From NCBI RefSeq assembly GCF_013122565.1, contig NZ_CP053258.1: a stretch of DNA of 64,000 nt. The stretch is one strand, 5' to 3'. Under the pieces are notes generated by a model. The model worked only from the letters and a program-made list of their open reading frames with translations. It ran no database searches and had not been told where the DNA came from. Source of the DNA: Escherichia coli (GTDB lineage Bacteria; Pseudomonadota; Gammaproteobacteria; Enterobacterales; Enterobacteriaceae). Below are positions 59,874 to 64,000 of the stretch, one piece after another (positions within the stretch are counted from its first letter, which is position 1; every line of letters begins with the position of its first letter). Both the position numbers and the translations under genes were made by a program.

Positions 59874-61058
59874 TTAATTTGCGGCTTCCTGACGATGAAA
59901 ACCTCGCCACCAGACCAGTAAGTTAACCAGGGCAATCGTCGCGCCAGCCAGACAAACGCCAGCCCAACCGCCATGTTGCCAGGCTGAGGCTGAAATTAGC
60001 GATCCGGCGGCACCGCCAATAAAGTAGCTGGTCATGTAACCTGCGGTCAGGCGATTACGCGCATCAGGATGTATTCGATAAATTACCGTCTGGTTAGTGA
60101 TATGCACGCCCTGCACGGTGAGGTCCAGCACCAGGATGCCGATAATCAGCGCCAGTACGGAAGTGTGACCAAACCAGATTGCCAGCCATGAAAGTAACAG
60201 CAGAAGCAGACCGAAAGTTGTTGTGTGGTGCGATTTGCCCTTGTCGGCAAAACCGCCCGCCGGACGAGCGCCCAACGCTCCGGCAGCTCCCGCAAGTCCA
60301 AACAGACCAATTACACCATCGCTGTAGTTAAAAGGCGGTGCGGCAAGCAAAAAGGCCATTGAGGTCCAGAGAATGCTGAAGTTGGCAAAGGTCAGGCAGC
60401 CCAGCAACGCGCGGGTGCGCAGGATCTTATCGCTGATAAACATGCTGAAAACGGAACCAAGCAACTGTGGGTAGTTGAGGTGGGTTTCTGATTTCATTTG
60501 TGGCAGACCACGCCATAATGCCAGCGCCATCAGTGCCATTAACACCGAGGCAACCCAAAAGACGGTGCGCCAGCCGCCGAGGTTTGCCAGCAATCCGGCA
60601 ACGGTCCGTGCGAGTAAGATCCCCAGCAGCAGACCGCTCATAATGGTGCCAACCACTTTGCCGCGTTTGTCCGGTGAAGCCAGCGTCGCTGCCAGCGGAA
60701 CCAGAATTTGTGCCACGACTGAGAATAAACCGGTTAATGCCGTACCGAGGATCATCATCGCCAGCGACTGACTGCTGGCGGTAATCAACATGCCGCATGC
60801 CGCCAGTAAGGTCATCGAGACAATCAGGCGGCGGCGTTCAAACATATCACCGAGGGGAACAAGAAACAGCAGACCGGCGGCATAGCCCAACTGCGCGGCG
60901 GTAACAATAAAGCCTGCCGAACTGGCGGAAAGGGAAAAGTTACGCGCGATGGTGTCGAGCAATGGCTGGGCGTAATAGTTACTGGCTACCGCCAGACCGG
61001 TGGCGATAGACATCAGCACGATCAGCGCCGGGCTAAGCTCATGATTAGGTTTAGTCAT
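59874..61058 (-). CDS. ygaY: MFS transporter YgaY, apparently intact (394 aa)
   Basis: 12-TM-like MFS ORF without interruption; I recall the K-12 counterpart as a split pseudogene. Confidence 0.8.
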   Translation of the reverse strand: MTKPNHELSPALIVLMSIATGLAVASNYYAQPLLDTIARNFSLSASSAGFIVTAAQLGYAAGLLFLVPLGDMFERRRLIVSMTLLAACGMLITASSQSLAMMILGTALTGLFSVVAQILVPLAATLASPDKRGKVVGTIMSGLLLGILLARTVAGLLANLGGWRTVFWVASVLMALMALALWRGLPQMKSETHLNYPQLLGSVFSMFISDKILRTRALLGCLTFANFSILWTSMAFLLAAPPFNYSDGVIGLFGLAGAAGALGARPAGGFADKGKSHHTTTFGLLLLLLSWLAIWFGHTSVLALIIGILVLDLTVQGVHITNQTVIYRIHPDARNRLTAGYMTSYFIGGAAGSLISASAWQHGGWAGVCLAGATIALVNLLVWWRGFHRQEAAN

Positions 61059-61159
61059 TATTTTTGTTCATCAGGTGATGATTAAGCTGGAAATCAATAA
61101 TAGCGGATGTTGATGAATCTGGGATGAAAGATAGATTGTTGAAATGTGCGGTGTGGTTT

Positions 61160-61240
61160 GTAGGCATGATAAGACGCGCCAGCGTCGCATCAGGCATTGT
61201 GTACAGAGCGGCGGATGCGGCGAAAACGCCTTATCCGCCC
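61160..61240. repeat. REP/BIME elements between ygaY and proX
   Basis: GTAGGCATGATAAGACGCGCCAGCGTCGCATCAGGCA and GGCGGATGCGGCGAAAACGCCTTATCCGCCC palindromes. Confidence 0.75.
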
Positions 61241-61249
61241 GAATAAAAA

Positions 61250-62242
61250 TTACTTCTGCGCTGCCAGCGCCTCATTCACCCAGCCATCGAACTGCTGCTG
61301 GTGGGCTTTGATCCAGCCATCAACATGGCCCTGAATATCTCCTTCTGAGGCTTTGCCGTCATGCATAATGGCGTTCTGGGCGTTAATATCTGCCACTGGC
61401 AACTGCATAATGGCAAACAGTTTCGCTGCTGCCGGGTTTTTCTCGGCCCAGACTTTGTTGGCAACGATATGCATGGTGCTGACCGGGAAGCCGTAATTCG
61501 CGCCATTCGGCAGTTTGGTATCGGCATTTTTATCGCCCGGCAGTGCAGAGAACGGCACCTGCAACCAGACCACATCTTTCCCTGGCTTCAGCTCATTACT
61601 CACCCAGTACGGCGTCCAGGTGTAGTAAAACACCGGCTTACCCTCTTTGTAACGACTGATGGTGTCAGCCATCATCGCCGCGTAGTTCCCCTGATTATGC
61701 GTCACGGTATTGGTCAGTTCATACGCGGCAAGCTGGTGGTTGATCGCACCTTCGCAGCCCCAGCCTGGGTTACAGCCGGTTAAATCCGCTTTACCGTCGC
61801 CGTTGGTATCGAACAGTTTGGCGATCTTCGGATCTTTCAGTTGTGCGATGTTGGTGATTTTGTACTGGTCGGCGGTTTTCTTATCGATCAGGTAGCCCTG
61901 TGCCGCGCCGTTAACAAATACCCCTTCACGATAAAATTTCTTCTCGCCACCGGCAGCTTCGTACATGTTGTCATGCAGCGGCGTCCAGTTCACGGCGGTG
62001 AAGGTTGCATCGCCGGAAGCAAGCGAGGTGTAGCCAACGTTGTAATCCACTTCGCTGGGTTTGTTGACGGTATAACCTAATTTCTCCAGCGCACGACTGA
62101 CCAGCAGCGTCTGGAAGGTTTCTTCAGTGATGGTGCTCTGAACTGGATTAACAGTAATGCCTTTGCCCGGCAGATCGGCAGCAAAAGTTTGTGTAGAGAT
62201 AAGCGTGGCAAACGCTGTCGCAAAAAGTACGCTATGTCGCAT
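61250..62242 (-). CDS. proX: Glycine betaine/proline ABC transporter periplasmic binding protein ProX (start [12 protein letters not shown])
   Basis: 330-aa ORF with signal peptide; ORF track begins 16 codons upstream. Confidence 0.93.
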   Translation of the reverse strand: MRHSVLFATAFATLISTQTFAADLPGKGITVNPVQSTITEETFQTLLVSRALEKLGYTVNKPSEVDYNVGYTSLASGDATFTAVNWTPLHDNMYEAAGGEKKFYREGVFVNGAAQGYLIDKKTADQYKITNIAQLKDPKIAKLFDTNGDGKADLTGCNPGWGCEGAINHQLAAYELTNTVTHNQGNYAAMMADTISRYKEGKPVFYYTWTPYWVSNELKPGKDVVWLQVPFSALPGDKNADTKLPNGANYGFPVSTMHIVANKVWAEKNPAAAKLFAIMQLPVADINAQNAIMHDGKASEGDIQGHVDGWIKAHQQQFDGWVNEALAAQK

Positions 62243-62298
62243 TGTTATTCCTTTTTTTGGCAGGGTGATATGCCCGGCGTCACCGGGCAAGTGCAGAG

Positions 62299-63363
62299 TT
62301 ACTTAATGAATGGGCGGGTCAGCAGACCGACAGGGCCAGTGGTGTACCAGCGACGGTTGCCGCGACTGCGTGAGTCGCGCCCAACGGCCTGCGTCAGGCG
62401 ATCGAGGATAATGGCGAGGATCACAATCCCGACGCCGCCAACGGTGGCAAGCCCCATATCCAGACGACCGATACCGCGAAGTACCATCTGACCCAGCCCG
62501 CCGACGGCAATCATCGAGGCAATGACCACCATAGAAAGGGCCAGCATCAGCGTCTGGTTAACGCCCGCCATAATGGTCGGCATCGCCAGCGGTAACTGAA
62601 CTTTGAACAGCATCTGACGCGGGCTGGCACCGAATGAGCGCGAGGCTTCAATCAGATCCGCGGGAACCTGGTTAATCCCCAGAATGGTCAGACGGATAAT
62701 CGGCGGCAGAGCAAAGATGATCGTCACCACCACGCCCGGCACGTTACCGATACCAAACAGCATGACGATTGGCACCAGATAAACAAACGCAGGCGTGGTC
62801 TGCATGGCATCAAGCAGTGGACGAATAATTTTCGCCGCTCGCGGACTTCTCGCCAGCCAGATCCCCAACGGCAAACCGATGACGATACAGAACAGCAGGG
62901 CGGTTAACACCAGCGCCAGAGTAACCATTGCCTGCGACCAGGCACCGATTGCGCCGATGGCAATCAGCGAAACCAGCGTCGCCACGCCCATTCCGACCCC
63001 GGAAATCTGCCAGGCGATGAGAGCGAAAACGATAATCGCCACCGGCGCGGGCATACCCAGCAGCAATTGCTGGAAACCGTTGAGGATATAATCAACCGGA
63101 ACGCGCACGCCCTGGAAGACGGGACGGAAATGGGTAACGACCCAGTCGATCCCTTCAGTGACCCAACTGTCGAGCGGGATCAGCGTTTTATGGAACGGAT
63201 CGAGAATATTAAAATGCTCGACGTTTGGCGCAGGCGTACTGGTCAGCCAGTCAGCACCACCGCCGTCAGTCGGTGCAGTCGCCGGTGTACCCCAGGCGTC
63301 TGCGGATTGTGCGGCACTGTCCGTCGCTGGCGTGGTATCCCACGGATTATTTTGATCAGCCAT
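62299..63363 (-). CDS. proW: Glycine betaine/proline ABC transporter permease ProW
   Basis: 354-aa membrane ORF; overlaps proV stop. Confidence 0.93.
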   Translation of the reverse strand: MADQNNPWDTTPATDSAAQSADAWGTPATAPTDGGGADWLTSTPAPNVEHFNILDPFHKTLIPLDSWVTEGIDWVVTHFRPVFQGVRVPVDYILNGFQQLLLGMPAPVAIIVFALIAWQISGVGMGVATLVSLIAIGAIGAWSQAMVTLALVLTALLFCIVIGLPLGIWLARSPRAAKIIRPLLDAMQTTPAFVYLVPIVMLFGIGNVPGVVVTIIFALPPIIRLTILGINQVPADLIEASRSFGASPRQMLFKVQLPLAMPTIMAGVNQTLMLALSMVVIASMIAVGGLGQMVLRGIGRLDMGLATVGGVGIVILAIILDRLTQAVGRDSRSRGNRRWYTTGPVGLLTRPFIK

Positions 63364-64000
63364 TATTTACCCCCTCACGATCTAAAGCGCGCAGCAGCAT
63401 TCCTTTCGAAATGATGCCGACATACTGTTGGTCCTCGTCGACCACGGGCACCGCACAGGGTGCCTGTCCGACATGAGAGAGCAACTCGCTAAGAGGCGTT
63501 TGTGCATCGACCGCTAACGGTGCATCAATCAGCGCCGCATCAAGACCTTGCTGCTGCGTTAACGCGGCTTTAAGCGAATCGATAGACACTGCGCCGACAA
63601 ACTTATTACCGCGTTCGATAACGTAGCCATATTCGCGATCTTCATCCTGCAATAATTTCAGTGCCGAACGTGGGCCGAAGCCAGGGGTTTTACGAATTAA
63701 GCCATTCGGTGTCCGGCGGGCAATATCTTTCGCACTGAACACCTGACTAATATCAACGCCACGGAAGAAGGTACGGACATAATCATTCGCCGGATTATTG
63801 AGAATTTCATCCGGTGTGCCGACCTGTACCACTTCACCATTTTGCATAATGGCAATTCGGTCGCCAATACGCATGGCTTCATCGAGATCGTGGGAAATAA
63901 AGACAATGGTGCGCTGATGTTTCGCCTGTAATTTTACCAGCTCATCCTGCATCTCGGTGCGAATTAATGGATCGAGCGCCGAGAAGGCTTCGTCCATTAA
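63356..64000 (-). CDS. proV: Glycine betaine/proline ABC transporter ATPase ProV, C-terminal part only (N-terminus lies beyond the window end)
   Basis: ORF open to the window edge; ABC signature region and C-terminal CBS domains. Confidence 0.9.
   Translation of the reverse strand, partial: LMDEAFSALDPLIRTEMQDELVKLQAKHQRTIVFISHDLDEAMRIGDRIAIMQNGEVVQVGTPDEILNNPANDYVRTFFRGVDISQVFSAKDIARRTPNGLIRKTPGFGPRSALKLLQDEDREYGYVIERGNKFVGAVSIDSLKAALTQQQGLDAALIDAPLAVDAQTPLSELLSHVGQAPCAVPVVDEDQQYVGIISKGMLLRALDREGVNNG

Overview
This window reads as an Escherichia coli-type core chromosome segment running surE-pcm-nlpD-rpoS / pphB-mutS-ygbA / fhlA-hypEDCBA / hycABCDEFGHI / ascBFG / hydN-hypF / norWV-norR / gutQ-srlR-gutM-srlDBEA / mltB-pncC-recA-recX-alaS-csrA / serV-argVYZQ tRNAs / yqaBA-gshA-micA-luxS / emrBAR-ygaHZY-proXWV, in the opposite orientation to the K-12 map as I recall it. 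Gene identities rest on my recognition of the translated ORFs; no search was run. Two loci depart from the K-12 arrangement. (1) Between rpoS and pphB sits the short non-K-12 version of the polymorphic mutS-rpoS region: a SlyA/MarR-like regulator divergent from a UbiX-like/UbiD-like/small zinc-ribbon decarboxylase operon. (2) Between the convergent core genes luxS and emrB there is a roughly 1.8 kb two-gene cassette (53139-54955, minus strand), translationally coupled, encoding a small ATP-dependent RNA-ligase-like protein and an HD-phosphoesterase/P-loop polynucleotide-kinase fusion. I read this as an RNA end-healing and sealing (RNA repair) module and consider it the most interesting and least characterised element here. 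Other points of note: the MicA sRNA antisense between gshA and luxS, a structured repeat architecture in the arg tRNA cluster carrying pseudo-copies of the tRNA 3' end, an unlisted small two-helix membrane ORF between mltB and pncC, a perfect 14-bp palindrome at the decarboxylase operon promoter, and several sigma-54, NorR, LexA and NsrR-like sites. No IS elements, integrases, prophage or CRISPR arrays were seen.
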